Shown piece after piece: positions 24,766 to 39,540 of a DNA stretch of 64,000 nucleotides. Numbering within the stretch: the stretch's first letter is position 1; each line of letters begins with the position of its first letter. This DNA is from Malacoraja senta (taxonomy: Eukaryota), in the NCBI GenBank assembly GCA_038087875.1, contig CM075992.1, forward strand, positions 7,628,001 to 7,692,000. Direction: 5' to 3'. A model generated the notes under the pieces. It was given only the letters and a program-made list of their open reading frames with translations, searched no databases and was not told where the DNA came from. The translations under genes and the position numbers were made by a program.

Positions 24766-26106
24766 CACATGTACTTTTTTTTCTGTAGGGATCCTCTGCG
24801 CGTCTAACACATTTTTATCTGCGCTTTCTATGTGCCTGGTGACAATCTATCCTGCCCTCTGGCATTTTTCTCATTGTACTACGTGTTGAGCATATGTATG
24901 GTTTAAATTGTACTCATGTGTAGTATGGTTCGACGCAAAATGGTGTAACTCAGCGGGCCAAGAGGATCTGGAGAAAAGGGATATAAACATCTGCAGAAGC
25001 AAAGAACTGCAGATGTTGATTTATACCAAAGATGGACACAAATAATAAAGAGGAAGGAGATTGGACGTTATTGCCTCCAATCATAGTGAGGAACGTGGGG
25101 GATCCGCTGTGGTGGATGTTTATTTTAACTTTTATGTAGTTGAGTGTCTTGCTTTTTTTTTAGTATGGCTGTATGGTAATCTGAATTTCACTGTACCTTA
25201 ATTGGTACATGTGACACTAAACTGACCTTGAAACCTTGAAGTGCCCAAGTAACTCAACGGGTCAGGCAGCATCTCTGGACATAAAGGACAAGAGACGTTT
25301 TAAGTTGGGACCCTTCTTCAGACTATCTGCAGTTCTTTTTCATTTCATTATATTAAGGCTTGACTGGATAGCATGCAAAAAAATGCATTGTATCTCAGTA
25401 CGTGACAATAATATACCAATTCCAAATTGGGTTTGGGTCAGGAAAATGTCTCAGATGTACTTTCAAACAGCAGTTAAGGCGTGTCTGCTCTTGAGAGATA
25501 TGAAAACATGGCTCTCCTTACTGGAAGAACATGGGGAGTTTTAACTGATGTTCCGGTGAATATTTTCTCCTCAAAACACCAAACCCAGTGTTTAAAAAAA
25601 AAAATGTCATCATTGGGATCAGGTAATCTCTATGTCTCAGTTTGGATCTGGTGGGTCACAGTTCCAGCAGGATTGTTCAATCCTGAATAATATAGATACA
25701 TAGACAATAGGTGCAGGAGTAGTCCATTCGGCCCTTCGAGCCAGCACTGCCATTCATCTGGTGATATTTGTGTTTGTACACCCTTCTTATTATTGTTTGA
25801 GTTTCCCCTTGGTGCGCTGGTATCTACACACCTCCCAAAGACATGCTGGTTAGTAGGTTAATTGGCTATTCCAGTTTCATCCCCAGTTTAAGTGGTGATT
25901 AAAACAAATCAAGGTGCAGTTGATATGCTTGTAGGAGAGAGGGGGTAACAGGATTGCTTCCTATTATCCCCCCTCCCATATACATGTCAAAAGAGCTGTC
26001 ATAGACTTGATGACTGAAGAGCTTCCAACATCTTAAGAAAACACCAGATGACAAATTGCCTCGTCTTACTTCAACATAATAATTTCTGCAATGTTCTTAA
26101 ATAGCT

Positions 26107-27440
<1,334 letters not shown>

Positions 27441-28879
27441 CGACGAACTTGATGATGGAGTTTACCTGCTTTGTAGCATGGAAGCAGCATGGAACCAGGC
27501 CCATCGTCCATTTAAACCATGCAAGTCCCATTTGTCTTAGCCTGGCCCATATCCCTCTAAACATTTTCTGTTTATGTACCTGTCCAAATGTATTTTAAAT
27601 GTTGTTATTGTGCCTGCCTCTTTGGGAGTAGGATTTATTAAAGTCTTGTTGTCTTCTAGAGATGTGGTGTTATTAATGATTACTATGGCATGGGCTCTAA
27701 TGTTATTTCTCTTTACTGTTAATAATTTTAAAGAAATGAGCCATATCTTGAAAGTGGGGAATCTGGACCTGTTTTTATTAAACTATATTTTGGCATTTAA
27801 TTCCAGAATGTTTCCCTGTAGTTAAATAAAGCTACATTTCGAAGTGCTTCACAGCCACTCCGTTACTCACAATGTCAGGCCCGCATTTCAAATAAAACGA
27901 ATGTTTTTTAATTCTCCCGTATGCCAGTATTTTGGTAGTAATATTTTCCAGGCAGGAAAATATTACTGCCTGACTTAATAATTCATTAGCTTTCTATAGT
28001 CCTGAAAAGCGCTATATAAATAAAATCTATTATTATTATTATCTCTCCATGCCATTGGAAAAACTGAGAAAATAACTGCCTTGTGTGTTATGTTTCAAGT
28101 TAAGATTGGCAAACTTCTAATCTTTGTAGTAATTGAAGTATTCCCAGATGCTGTCGATTTTCACCTTTTTATTTCAGCATATGGTATCTAACAATTCAGC
28201 CTTATTTCTGAATTTAATATTTTTTAAAGATTTATTTTTAATATATGAGGATTCCTCCCTTTACCGCCTTTGAGGCAGTGAGTCTGAGATCACTGCCACC
28301 CTTTTGGTGAAAACATTTTCCAACCAATTACTCAATACTTGTCTGCAAGTTTTTTTAACATACCAGTTAAGGGAAATATGTCCTTCCAATCTTGGATTTT
28401 AATTTTAATTTTAAATCTTAATTTTATAATTTTATTATGTCTGTGCCTATTTTCAAGTACTGGCAATGTCCACAATCTCAACGGTGCTGTGGCGTTTTCC
28501 TGAAATGTGATGATCAAAATTGTTCACAGTCTCCCCACCATAGATTCCGTCTACACTTCACGCTACCCTGGAAAACCAGCCAACACAATCAAAGATTTGT
28601 CCCACTCCAGTCATTCCTCCTTCTCCCCACTTCTGTCAGGTGGAAGATATGGATGCTTGAAAACGTGCACCAGCAGACTCAGAAACAGCTTCTTTCCCTC
28701 AATCAGGCTCTCTGAACGAACGGTCCTTCCATAAGGTCTGGCACTGTCCGACTCCCCTTTATTCCATTGTGAACATTGGACTTTGTCTATGGAACTGGTT
28801 CACTACAACGTTGAGAACTATATTTTGCACTTTGGTTTAGACCAGCATCTGCAGTTCCTTCCTACACTTATATTTTGCC

Positions 28880-29890
28880 GGCAGAAAGGCAAATGCTGTG
28901 CCTTTATTCAAGATGGGCTGCATGGAAAATGCTGGGAACTGTAGGCCAGTGAGCTTAACATATGTAGTTGGGAAGTTACTAGAGGGTATAGAGGGAAGTT
29001 ACTAGAGGATAGTCAGCATGATTTTATATGTGGGAGGTCGTGGCTCACAAATCTGAGTTTTTTTTAAGACATGACCAAGAAGGTCGATGAGGGCAGAGCT
29101 GTACATGTTGTATATATGGACTTTTGTAAAGCATTCAACAAGATTCCTCATGGTAGGCTGCTCTGGAAGGTTAGATCGCATGGAATCCAAGGAGAGATAG
29201 CTGAATGGATAGAAAATTGGCTTCATGGAAGGAAGCAGAGGGTGATGGTGGAAGGTTGCTTCTCGGACTGGAGGCCTGCAACTAGTGGTGTGCTTCAGAG
29301 TTCGGTGCTGGGCCCGTTACTGTTTGTCATCTATATCAATGATTTCGATGACAACATACGCGGCAAGATTAGCAAGTTTGCAGATGATACAGAAGTGGAT
29401 GGTTTTGCAGAAGTGAAGATGGTTGTGAGGAATTGCAGCAAGATCTTGATCAATTGGCCAAGTAATAGTTGGCTGTGATGTTGGCAAGTAATTGGCTGAG
29501 TAATAGTTGATGGAATTTAATTTGATGAAAAATGTGAGGTGTTGCATTTGGGAAGTCTTAACATGGGTAGGGCCTACACTGTGAATGGTAGGGCTCTGGG
29601 GAGTATTGTGGAGCAGAGGGATCTAGGAGTGCAGGTGCATGGCTTGCTGAAGGTAGAGTCGCAGGTAGATCGGGTGGTCAAAAAGGCCACACAAAGAGTG
29701 GTGGATGTATGGAACAAGCTACCAGAGGAGGTAGTTGAGGTAGGGACTATCCCAACATTTAAGAAGCAGTTAGACAGGTACATGGATAGGACAGGTTTGA
29801 AGGGATATGGACCAAATACTGGCAGGTGGGACTAGTTTGCCGGTGTGGGCATGTTGGGCTGAAGGGCATGTTTCCACACTGTATCACTCT
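28880..29890 (+). mobile_element. CR1 LINE remnant with an internal deletion
   Basis: ORFs 29071-29478 (VVYMDFCKAFNKIPH..SVLGPLLF..KFADD) and 29539-29835. Confidence 0.85.
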
Positions 29891-29924
29891 ATGAATCTTA
29901 AACATGATATGCCTTTAATAAATG

Positions 29925-30220
29925 GAAGCAGCACAGTAGCGCAACGGTAGAGTTGCTGCCTTAGAGCACCAGAGACCCGGGTTCCATCCTGACTACGGGT
30001 GCTGTCTATATGGAGTTTAGATGTTCTCCCTGAGACCACGTGGGTTTTCTCCAGGTGCTCCGGTTTCCTCATACACAGGTTTGTAGGCTAATTGGCTTGG
30101 TAAAATTGTAAATTGTCCCTATTGTGCGTAGGATAGTGTGAGTGTAGGGGATCGCTGGTCAGCATGTACTCTGTAGATCGAAGGGCCTGTTTCCGCGCTG
30201 TATCACTAAACTAAACTAAA
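29925..30220 (+). mobile_element. HE1/V-SINE-like SINE
   Basis: Head, core and (ctaaa)n tail. Confidence 0.85.
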
Positions 30221-30696
30221 TCCATGCTGGTTTTGCATAACCTATCTGGCTGAACATGTCCAAGTGACATCTAATTCTGTCCCTGATTACCATTCATTCC
30301 ATTGTTCCCACCACTGATGTATTGCCGCTGAGTTTATCCTTCTGCCTTCTTTTCAGGAGGCATGTCATATTTCCAGCTGTCCATTTCTTGGGCACCATCC
30401 CATCTTAAGATCATGAAGAAATATGGCAATTTTTTGCAATTTTGAACCTTCCCTTTGTGACTTAGGATGGTTCTTGGCAACTAGAACAGTCATTAAATTT
30501 CAAAAGTGATTACTTAGCAAAGAATTACCATGAGACATCAATACACAACTGTTAGCATTCTTCATTGAAGCAATATGTGTGAGAGCGTATATCAAGCTTG
30601 CATTTGGCAATGATTTAAAAAATGTCTTTTAAAACTTTGAATTTGCTTAATGTCCATTACTGATATGTTCTTTGTTTCTGTTCTGTTGCCAACCAG

Positions 30697-30739
30697 ACTC
30701 AGGAGTTTCAATACCCCAAACACAGCACAACCAGATCAG
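30697..30739 (+). CDS. DSN1: DSN1 exon 2 (RLRSFNTPNTAQPDQ), 43 nt
   Basis: Pyrimidine tract plus ccag, CAG|gttagt donor. Phase 2 to 0 is exactly what is needed to link exons 1 and 3. Confidence 0.6.
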
Positions 30740-31177
30740 GTTAGTAACTTGATGAACAATGTCAATCTTCTCACTTCCCAGGTTTGCTTTAGTCTAGGTT
30801 AGGGTGAATGATAAAAGTTGGCTGGACACCCTCCTCATCCAAGGGTACAAAGACCAGGGAAATGAACAAAAAGTTGAGTGCGGTTGCCTCAAGTTGGTCA
30901 ATATTTTTTTTACAATTGGGTATTAGTTCTTGCACAGCAGACCAATCCAAGATTTAACACTTGGGCCTGTTTGAGTTCACCAACCAGGCTTAGTTTGGCC
31001 CACAGCTTTGGAGCTGCAGGAGAGGGGTGGGGATGGAAGAAGAGTCTTCATAGGATATCCACTGGAAAGTAAATGTGTTTGTGTTCATGCAAAACACAAA
31101 CTCCAGAACAATACACCATCTAGTTTAACTGAAGTTCTTTACCACACCCTATCCAACATAATTCAAATCCTAAATTG

Positions 31178-31400
31178 AGGTGGCACAGCGGTAGAGTTGC
31201 TGCCTTTCAGCAGCAGAAACCTGGGTTCAATCCTGACTACGGGTGCTGTCTGCACAGAGTTTGTACGTTCGCCCTGTGACCCCAAGGGTTTTCTCTGGGT
31301 GCTCTGGTTTCCTCCCACATTTCAAAAGACGTGCAGGTTTGTAGGTTTAATTGGTTTCTGTAAATTGTCCCTCGTGTGTAGGATAGAGCTAGTGTACTGT
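31178..31400 (+). mobile_element. HE1/V-SINE-like SINE, 3'-truncated
   Basis: ggtggcacagcggtagagttgctgcc head and V-like core. Confidence 0.8.
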
Positions 31401-32258
31401 TAAAGTTAGTGAGACTTGATGAGTAGAATAATTATTCATAGAGTCAAAGGTCTCGTTGAACATACTTTTACTATGTCACCCGGGTGAAATAGGACACAAC
31501 CAGTAGTGTGCACTTAGATGCACACTCGCAAGCTGCTACAACTCTACTGACTATACAGAGAAATTACAAGTATCTTTATACTGATAAAACAGCATTAGTC
31601 ACATGGTTCGTAGGCATAAGTGAACAAAGGGCTCAGTTACATACAATGAAATCCTTCCAACTAACATTAAAGAGATATGGGAGTATAGAGATACATGGCC
31701 CAGCTGCATAGGCAAGAAAGCACTATTGTATTCATTGCAACCTCCAGACAGAACACTGATATGGAAAAGAAACGAGATGCTAGGGAACGGCCGTTATCTC
31801 TGTTCCCTTTAGTTAGTGAAGTTCATGTTCACAAGCTTCTGCAGACTTACAAAGTAGTCAATCTTTAAATTTAACCAGCATTCTATTCACAAAATGGAGG
31901 TTGCAGCTAACATGAATAAAATAGCTAAATAAGATGGCGGGGACCGCGCTAGCTCTTACAGTACGGCGTGATCGTTCGTCGACATGAACTCAGTGGGATG
32001 AAGGACCTGTTTCCATGTTGTATCTCTAAACCAAACTAATTTTTTTTTAATTCAAAGTTGTCGCAAATTAAATCATATAGGAATTTTACATTTGCACACA
32101 AAGCTATTTTTGTATTTAATATTCCCCGCTGTAAGAGGAATTCGAGCAAAAATTCAATTAAATTGTAAAATATCAGCAGGTAGTTTGATAGGTTTTAAAG
32201 ATTATTTCACAATGTATGTAATGCATTATTCTTAACTGATTGATTTTGCTTTTAATAG

Positions 32259-32313
32259 GTTTTATCCTCGTCTAAAAGGAAATGTACCGGACATCAGAAG
32301 GATGTGGAATCTG
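32259..32313 (+). CDS. DSN1: DSN1 exon 3 (VLSSSKRKCTGHQKDVES), 55 nt
   Basis: Flanked by ttttgcttttaatag and gtaaga; phase 0 to 1 fits the next exon. Confidence 0.7.
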
Positions 32314-33299
32314 GTAAGAATATGCTCACATTATACTGCGAGATCCTTCAAACGTTCTGTGCAAGTTGAAAAATATATACCACATTTGCCCAGCTGCTGT
32401 CAAAATACAAATCCAAATGTTCTGAAGGTTGAGGAAAAAAATAAAGTAGTGAAAAGGAAAGTATGGCCACTTTGCCAAGAATAGGCTTGTAAAAATCCCG
32501 CATAAACTGACATGGCACAAAAAGCTGAACTCAGCGGGTCAGGCAGCATCTCTGTTGAAAAGCAGTAGGTGAGGTTTCGGGTCGAGACACTTCTTCAGAC
32601 TGGCATGCTCCTTTTAGTGTACACATGGGGGTTAACCAACGAGGAAGGGACTCAGAGGAAACAAATGTAAGGTATTAAGGGAGTAGAAACACTCATCCTT
32701 CAGGTGGATCTTCTTATCGAGTCCACGCACAAGATTAGAAGTTGTTCAGCCAGAGCTGAACACACTTCTCGGCATCTGCATACAATGATGTCTGTCTTGC
32801 GCTTCTTGTGCGTGGTGGTGGAAAGATTGGTGGAAACTGAGCCGTGACGTGTACGCTCTTTCCTTCACCCTCTTCAGTTGGATAAGATCTTGACACAGAC
32901 AAGTTAACAGAGCTATGTAAATATGAAATAACTTGTTCACAGTAGTTCATGCAAACAGCTCAATTAAACTGAGGACGTGCCACTTGATAGCACTTTCAGC
33001 AACACATTCCATCTTTGAGTACTTATTGGGTTGTAATTAACTGCATTAGGACTTCTTTTGAAGATTTAATGTGTTGTTATTGCTAACTTGGCTTAATACC
33101 ATAATCATATTGTACTTGTTAGAGTATAAATAATAACAGGTCAAAAGACCTGTCTCTGGTATTCTACCTAATTTGCAATTTGGTTAAATGATTTAAACAT
33201 TTTGGTATTTGACTTTACTTCCCTTGTGACATTTTGTTTTAAACTTGACATGCAGGAAAAAACGGCAATTTTCATCGTCTTTTCGGAAAGTATTTCTTT

Positions 33300-34080
33300 T
33301 TCTTCAGCAAAAAAGAAATTGCTGGAGGAACTCGGCAAATCGAGCAGCATCTGAGAAGGGGGTGTTGCGGTTGAAGGAATTGTCTACGTTTCAGATCAAG
33401 GCCCTGCAATAGGACTGAGTGGAAAGGGAGAATGGCCTGTATGAAGAGGGGAAGGGTTTGCAACGGGTCAGGTGGATAGGTGCACTACGGAGGTGTGAAG
33501 GATGGTGGGCAGGTGGTGTGAGGGGAGAATGAAGGTGGAGGCCTCTGCTTAATTCTGAAATGATCAGATTTCATAAGTGGAATCTGATGAGGAAGGAAGG
33601 TGATAATGGGAACCGTAAGTGGAGAGGTGAAGGGCAGATGGAACCAGATGGGAGAATGGATTCAATGGGTAAAATATATGGGCAGGAGGGGAATGAAAAT
33701 GGGTGCTAGAGAGGGTATAGGAAAGGGGACAAAAATCAAAAGATGAGATGGGTCAGTGAAGAGCGAGAAAGGAAAAGGTGGTGGTGGGGACCACAGGAGT
33801 AAGGATAACCTGAAATAGCAAAATTCATTGTTCATACCATTTGGTTGTAGTCCACCCAAGTGGAATATGAGATGTTGTTCCTTTAGTTTGCGTTGGCCCG
33901 CTCTGGCAGGGTGGAAGACTGAGGATAGACAATCGATTTCGGAAGGGGAGTCAAAGTGACAAGCAGCTGGGTGTTTGTAATGGACACTGTGGACAAAACA
34001 CAGGAGCTCTGCTCTGCTCACATCAGGACCTTTGACTGCAATAAATGAGGTTGGAGGAGGGCATATGAATCTGTCTCTTC
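33300..34080 (-). mobile_element. Old Penelope-like fragment
   Basis: Minus strand encodes a KLKEQHLIFHLGGLQPNGMN-type PLE C-terminus, followed by a low-complexity tract and terminal motif. Confidence 0.6.
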
Positions 34081-34672
34081 AGCTGCATTTGCGGAGAATC
34101 TTCAGAAGGAATTGTTTTTGTGTCTTTTGCTTCAAACTCTGAATTTCTAGATTTGCCTTGCTGTTTTCTGGGACACCCGTTCTTTGGTTTTGCATATTAC
34201 CGCTGCCAAGTTCAGTACTCGCATAATAATGACTGTACTTTGAAAGTTGGCAGTGAAGAGGTTTAAGGCATCACGAGCAGGTGGGAAGTGCTTATAAATA
34301 CATAAAGATCCTGCTGGACTTCAACCACCAACTGAACAATGAACAATGAACAAAGCACCTTCGTGGCAGAAAATATATGTAGAGCTTTTAGTCTTTTCTA
34401 GTGGTTAGCGTATAGACAAGACTGGCACCATTGTTAACATTAATGCCATAATTAAACTTTGATACTTCTGTTTAAAAGTAGATCTGGGCCAAAATTTAGC
34501 ACATGCACTCTATGGTACTGAAACAGTTAGTCTAATTATTGAATGCATCTTGATCAAATATGCATACATTTCTCAGTATCTGTTGAAGGGCGAAATGATA
34601 AAGGACGTGAATAATTTATGTTCAGTCAAGTGCAGTCTCTAAGTAGAGGAGCACGTAATAAAAAATACCAAA

Positions 34673-34842
34673 GATAGACACAAAATGCTGGAGTAACTCA
34701 GAATGTAAGGCAGCATCTCTGGAGAAAATGGATAGGTGGCATTTTGAGTCGGGTCTTTCCTCCTGACCTGAACGTTACCTATCCATTTTCTCCAGAGATG
34801 CTGCTTGACTCGCTGTGTTACTCCAGCACCCTGTGTCTATCT
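34673..34842. repeat. Inverted pair of Penelope-like termini just upstream of DSN1 exon 4
   Basis: gatagacacaaaatgctggagtaac..gcagcatctctggagaaaatggataggt mirrored by acctatccattttctccagagatgctgc..gttactccagca..tgtgtctatc. Confidence 0.8.
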
Positions 34843-34908
34843 TAAGTAGGGGAGCATTTCTGTTATTATTAGTGTTGAATTTTCTCTTTTTCCTCCCATT
34901 TGTTTTAG

Positions 34909-35217
34909 AATGTACTCAAAAGCCGGAATCATCCCCACAAAGGAAGAGCCTTCGTATCCAGGGCAGCGGCAGGCTAAGCGGTGATTTGTGTACAGATGGC
35001 AGCTTTCTATCCCAGAAACATGATGCGAATCCAAGCCCTCAAACTATCAAGGAACCCCTCACCAGCTCAACAGAAGAACCCAAGAGCAGTCAAGTGCGAT
35101 CTCCTAAAAGACAACACATAAAAAGCCCCCAGCCGCGATCAAAATCGTGGCGACGCTCCAGTTTCAAGGGTGGTAAAGGGCGGAAATCACTGCCTCCAAT
35201 TCAGCGGGACCTTACAG
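34909..35217 (+). CDS. DSN1: DSN1 exon 4, 309 nt, basic autoinhibitory region
   Basis: KSWRRSSFKGGKGRKSLPPIQRDLT resembles recalled human SWRRASMKETNRRKSLHPIHQGIT; flanked by tgttttag and gtgaga; phase 1-1. Confidence 0.93.
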
Positions 35218-35564
35218 GTGAGAAAGGATGAGCGTTGCCTGATTGCAAAACCTTTTTTCTGCTTCGAAACCTTTCCCAGTTTGTATCTGCACCAAGAAAG
35301 ATGCCTCGCTCATTCCTTTTTATTTGGAGATTCCACCGTGGAGTCTGGGAGTAAACAACTTAAATTAGGGAATTATATGCATTTGTTCAAAGTTCTTGCT
35401 GCTTTCTGTTCCAGAAATATTGCTAAAATTATCATTGAATGATTTTGCTCAGCAGTTTGTGGATTTCACTGTTTCTCCTTAAAATCGCTTTGACAAATCA
35501 TTGCTGCCTATATTTCCTTGTGTATTACCATGTGTATTACGATTATGTACCTTTTTTCAACTCG

Positions 35565-36262
35565 TAGGTAGACAAAAATGCTGGAGAAACTCAGCGGGTG
35601 AGGCAGCATCTATGAAGTGAAGGAAACGGGCAACGTTTCGTGTCTAGACCCTTCTTCAGAGTCAACGTGATTAATAAAGTTTTGCTTGGGATGCCACCGC
35701 TGTTGTCATGGCCCAAATAGCTCTCCATTTCATTGCTGTGGGGAGGTGTTGCTGAGCATATTTCTTGTATCTATGGAGCGAAGGAATAGGTGACATTTCG
35801 GGTCGAGGCCCTTCAGAGTGATGTCGGGGGAGGGGGCCGCAAAATGATAGGAGGAGGCGGAGCCACTAGGCTGTGGGAGAGCTGGGAAGGGGAGGGGAAC
35901 GAGGGAGAAGGGGAGTTTAGCAACCTCCTCTCCTTGCTTTCTCCCTCCTCCCCTTCCCAGCTGTCCCACAGCCTACTGTCTCCGCCTCTTCCTTTTTCTC
36001 GCCCCGACATCCGTCTGAAGAAGGGTCTCGACCCGAAAGTTTATTTATTTGTGTGTGTATATATTTATATAATGGTATATGGACACACTGATCTGTTCTG
36101 TATTCATGCCTACTATGTTCTGTTGTGCTGAAGCAAAGCAAGAATTTTATTGTCCTATCAGGGACACATGACAATAAACTCTTGAATCTCTCTTGAATCT
36201 TGAAACGTTGCCTATTCCTTCGCTCCATAGATGCTGCCTCACCCGCTGAGTTTCTCCAGCAG
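35565..36262. repeat. Nested inverted Penelope-like termini with an internal ~150-bp purine/pyrimidine palindrome
   Basis: Arms 35580-35637 and 36203-36260 are complementary; 35851-35990 is self-complementary; hammerhead-like core at 36015-36039. Confidence 0.75.
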
Positions 36263-36861
36263 TGCTCCCACAATTGTTGTGTAGAATGATCCAGGATTTT
36301 TCCCGTGATCCTTGTCCTTGGTTATAAAGGACATGGATTAAGAAGTTTGTTATCAAAGAGGTATTGGCTAGCTACTGCATTACATGTTGTAAATGGTATG
36401 CAGTTCAGCAACAATTTGTTGATGGGAAAGACAGTGCATGCCTTTACCATGTTTTACCATGACAGTTCAAGTGGTGAATGTGATATTGCTGAGATAATCT
36501 GTTCTGGATGGTATGAAGCCTGTTTTGTTGATTTATTCATGCAGGTCTGGTGTTTATTTCATCACCCTCTTAAATGATGCCTCGTGGGCAGTGAAAAGAC
36601 TGCAGGGAGTTGAGTGATGAATACCTTATAAGATATGAGAGACTGCAATATATTCTACTGTTGACATACTCTTATTTATGAAGCTGGCTCAGATGTTTTC
36701 AGTCGATGACCACTTGGGATGGTGGGGCTGCAGTGTGATGTAGTTAGATTATCTTGTGATTGAAATGGAATTTATGTGGTGCCAATGTCACCTATCACAT
36801 AATCGTAGTTATTCAAACCTTTTTATAAATACCATTGAAATCTTATACCATCATTAGAAAA

Positions 36862-37130
36862 CAGGTAGAGAGCTACTGCCTTACAGCACCAGAGATCCGG
36901 GTTCGATCCTGACTATGGGTGCTGTCTGCACGGAATTTGTACGTTCTCCCCGTGACCCGAGTGTTTTTTTTCTGAGATCTTCAGTTTCCTCCCACACTCC
37001 AAAGACGTACAGGTTTGTAGGTTAATTGGCTTGGTGTAAATGTAAAATAGTCCCTAGTGTGTGTAGGGTAGTGTTAATGTGCGGGGATCGCTGATTGGTG
37101 CGGACTCGGTGTATCTAAACTAAACTAAAC
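36862..37130 (+). mobile_element. HE1/V-SINE-like SINE
   Basis: B-box gggttcgatcc, V-like core, (ctaaa)n tail. Confidence 0.85.
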
Positions 37131-37449
37131 ATTACCCAGATGGATTCCTGCAGCCATGTTCAGGTGTTTAAATGATTGGGCTTCAAGGAACCATTAAAAT
37201 CTCTTTGCTAAACGGAAAAGATTGAATTTTACTGGGTTCCTGGATGCTGCACCTCGTCTGCTACTGACATCGAGGGTTTTGTCCATGTCTGGGCTGTGAT
37301 TGTTTACATGTCAGATCGGCAAGATTACAAGCAAAGCCCAAGTGAACAAACAGTCCACACCCTTAAGATTTGTTAAGTTGATGCTCAGCGTTCGGGTGCA
37401 GGAGAGGAAAGATTGACAATAGTTGATCAGCAGTTCATTCTCTGTGGAT

Positions 37450-37770
37450 TGTCATCTTGTCGTGGTGGAACAGCTTGTGTGGACCTGAGATCCTGAGAGC
37501 AATGCCGTCTGGAGCTGTGCTCCTGGTAGGGCCACCCATGGCGGTAAGGTCGAGGGGGAGGTCTCTGACAAAGAGCAATCCAACCAAGACCTCAACGGTG
37601 GAACAGGTGGAGGAAAGGTCTCCAGTCGTCTTGGACTCCGTGCCACTGGATCCTGACCCAGATCTGTCAAGGACCGTGGGGTGGCTGTCTGTGCACCAGT
37701 CTCCCCACGTTAAACAAAGTCACGCACAGGCGTCCTCCAACCCTGGAGACACCCATGGTCAGCCATGACC
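37450..37770 (+). mobile_element. RTE (Rex3/Expander-like) 5'UTR-derived fragment
   Basis: cttgtcgtggtgg..agcttgtgtg..gatcctgagagcaatgccgtc..ctggtagggccacccatggcggtaaggtc resembles recalled RTE-clade 5'UTRs; no ORF. Confidence 0.45.
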
Positions 37771-37997
37771 GAGAGGGGCCTAAGAAGTTACAACAGGGGC
37801 TAGTTTGTGTATGGCATTCTCTCCTGTACGTAGATACACGGTATAATAAGGGCTTTGGTGACAAATAATTTATTCACTTCCATATCTATATCTTTGACAT
37901 TGAGAAATTAAGTGACTTCCTGTGCATTGGAAAACACTCTTTCCTTTGCCCACTTTGCTCTGTCATTTTGTAGGTTGCAGAGTGTGCAGACAGTTGC

Positions 37998-38304
37998 TTT
38001 TAGTTTAGAGATGCAGCGCGGAAACAGGCCCTTCGGCCCACTGATGCAGCACCGACCAGCGATCCCCGCACACTAACATTATCCTGCACACACTAGGGAC
38101 AATTTTTTACATTTTATACCAATTCAATTAACCTACAAACCTGTAAAACTATGGAGAGTGGGAGGAAACCAAAGATCTCAGAGAAAACCTACGTAGGTCA
38201 CGGGGAGAAGGCACAAACTGTACAGACAGCGCCCGTAGTCAGGATGGAACCCAAGTCTCTGGCGCTGTAAAGCAGCAGCTCTACCGCTGCGCCACCATGC
38301 CGCC
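37998..38304 (-). mobile_element. HE1/V-SINE-like SINE, near full length
   Basis: Minus strand starts ggcggcatggtggcgcagcggtagagctgc. Confidence 0.85.
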
Positions 38305-38939
38305 CACAGATTAAGTTGCTGTGCAGGTAATTTCTTATCATGTACATGTTCAAATACCACTTTGATGTGTTTAAGATTTCTGCCTCTACCATCCTTGTAG
38401 GCAGTGAGTTATGAACTCTTGAGTGGAAAAAACTATTCTCCATCACCTTATATCAGTTACTTTGAATCTGTAACCCCTCTTTTGACCCATTATTATGCAA
38501 AATGGGTCCTTTCTGTTCACTTTCACTAAACCTTTATTAATTTTGTACACTTTAATTTAACTTCCCCTCAGCCAAATATCTGAAGCACATTCTATCTATG
38601 TTCTCTCATAGCTACAGTCTCAACACCATCTTTATAAATGTTGATGCCTTCCTCTGTACAATCACATCTATCTCTAATATGGTGACAGGCTATGCATAGC
38701 AACATTGCGCAAATATCATTAAAGGTCTATTGAACAGGTATATTAGGCAAGAGTCATTGGAATAAGGATGTGGTAGACTTGCAAATGGAAGGGCAGGTTA
38801 CTTTGTATTAGTATTCAAATTACATGCAAATCTAGAGCCCGAGGCACAACAAACATAAAATCAACGTCAGGAGCTAACTGATTCAATATTAATTTTTCAA
38901 AGATGTGAAGACATTTTAGAGTTGCAATTTCTAAAGGGT

Positions 38940-39540
38940 CTCTGAGTCTGAAGAAGTGTCTCGATCCGAAACGTCATCCATTCCTCCTCTCCAGAGATGC
39001 CTGACCCGCTGAGTAAATCCAGCTTTTTGTGTCTGTCTTTGTGTGTGACTATCTCCTCTTTCAGTGATTGTGCTACTAATTCCACATCCGCGAATTGTGA
39101 AGCTAGAGGAAGTGATGCAGGGGAGGGGAAAATGGGTGTGAGTTCAGGTGGGGTGCAGGGGAGAGGAAGGGGGGGTTGTAGTTACTGAAAATTGGAGAAT
39201 TCAACGTTCATACTATTGGGTTGTAAGCTACCCAAGTGGAATACGAGGTGCTGCTCCTCCTTGTGGCCTCACTGTGGCAATGAAAGCGGCCTAGGACGGA
39301 AAGGTCTGTCTGGGAGCGGAAAGAAGACCAAAATGGTTAGCAACCGGGAGATCCAGTAGGCCATGGTGGACTGAGCACAAGTGTTCAGCGAAACAGTCTA
39401 AGTTTGGTCTTGCCGATGTACAAGAGCCCACATCGGGAACACTGGATGCGATAGATGAGGTTAGAGGAGGTGCACATGAACCTCTGTCTCACCTGGCAGG
39501 ACTGCTGGGGTTCCTGAATGGAGGTGAAGGAGGAGGTATA
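38940..39540 (-). mobile_element. Penelope-like GIY-YIG remnant (minus) with an oppositely oriented hammerhead-bearing terminus at 38940-39040
   Basis: 39185-39540 is the reverse complement of the GIY-YIG-like region; ctgaagaagtgtctcgatccgaaacgtc at 38948-38975 on plus. Confidence 0.7.
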
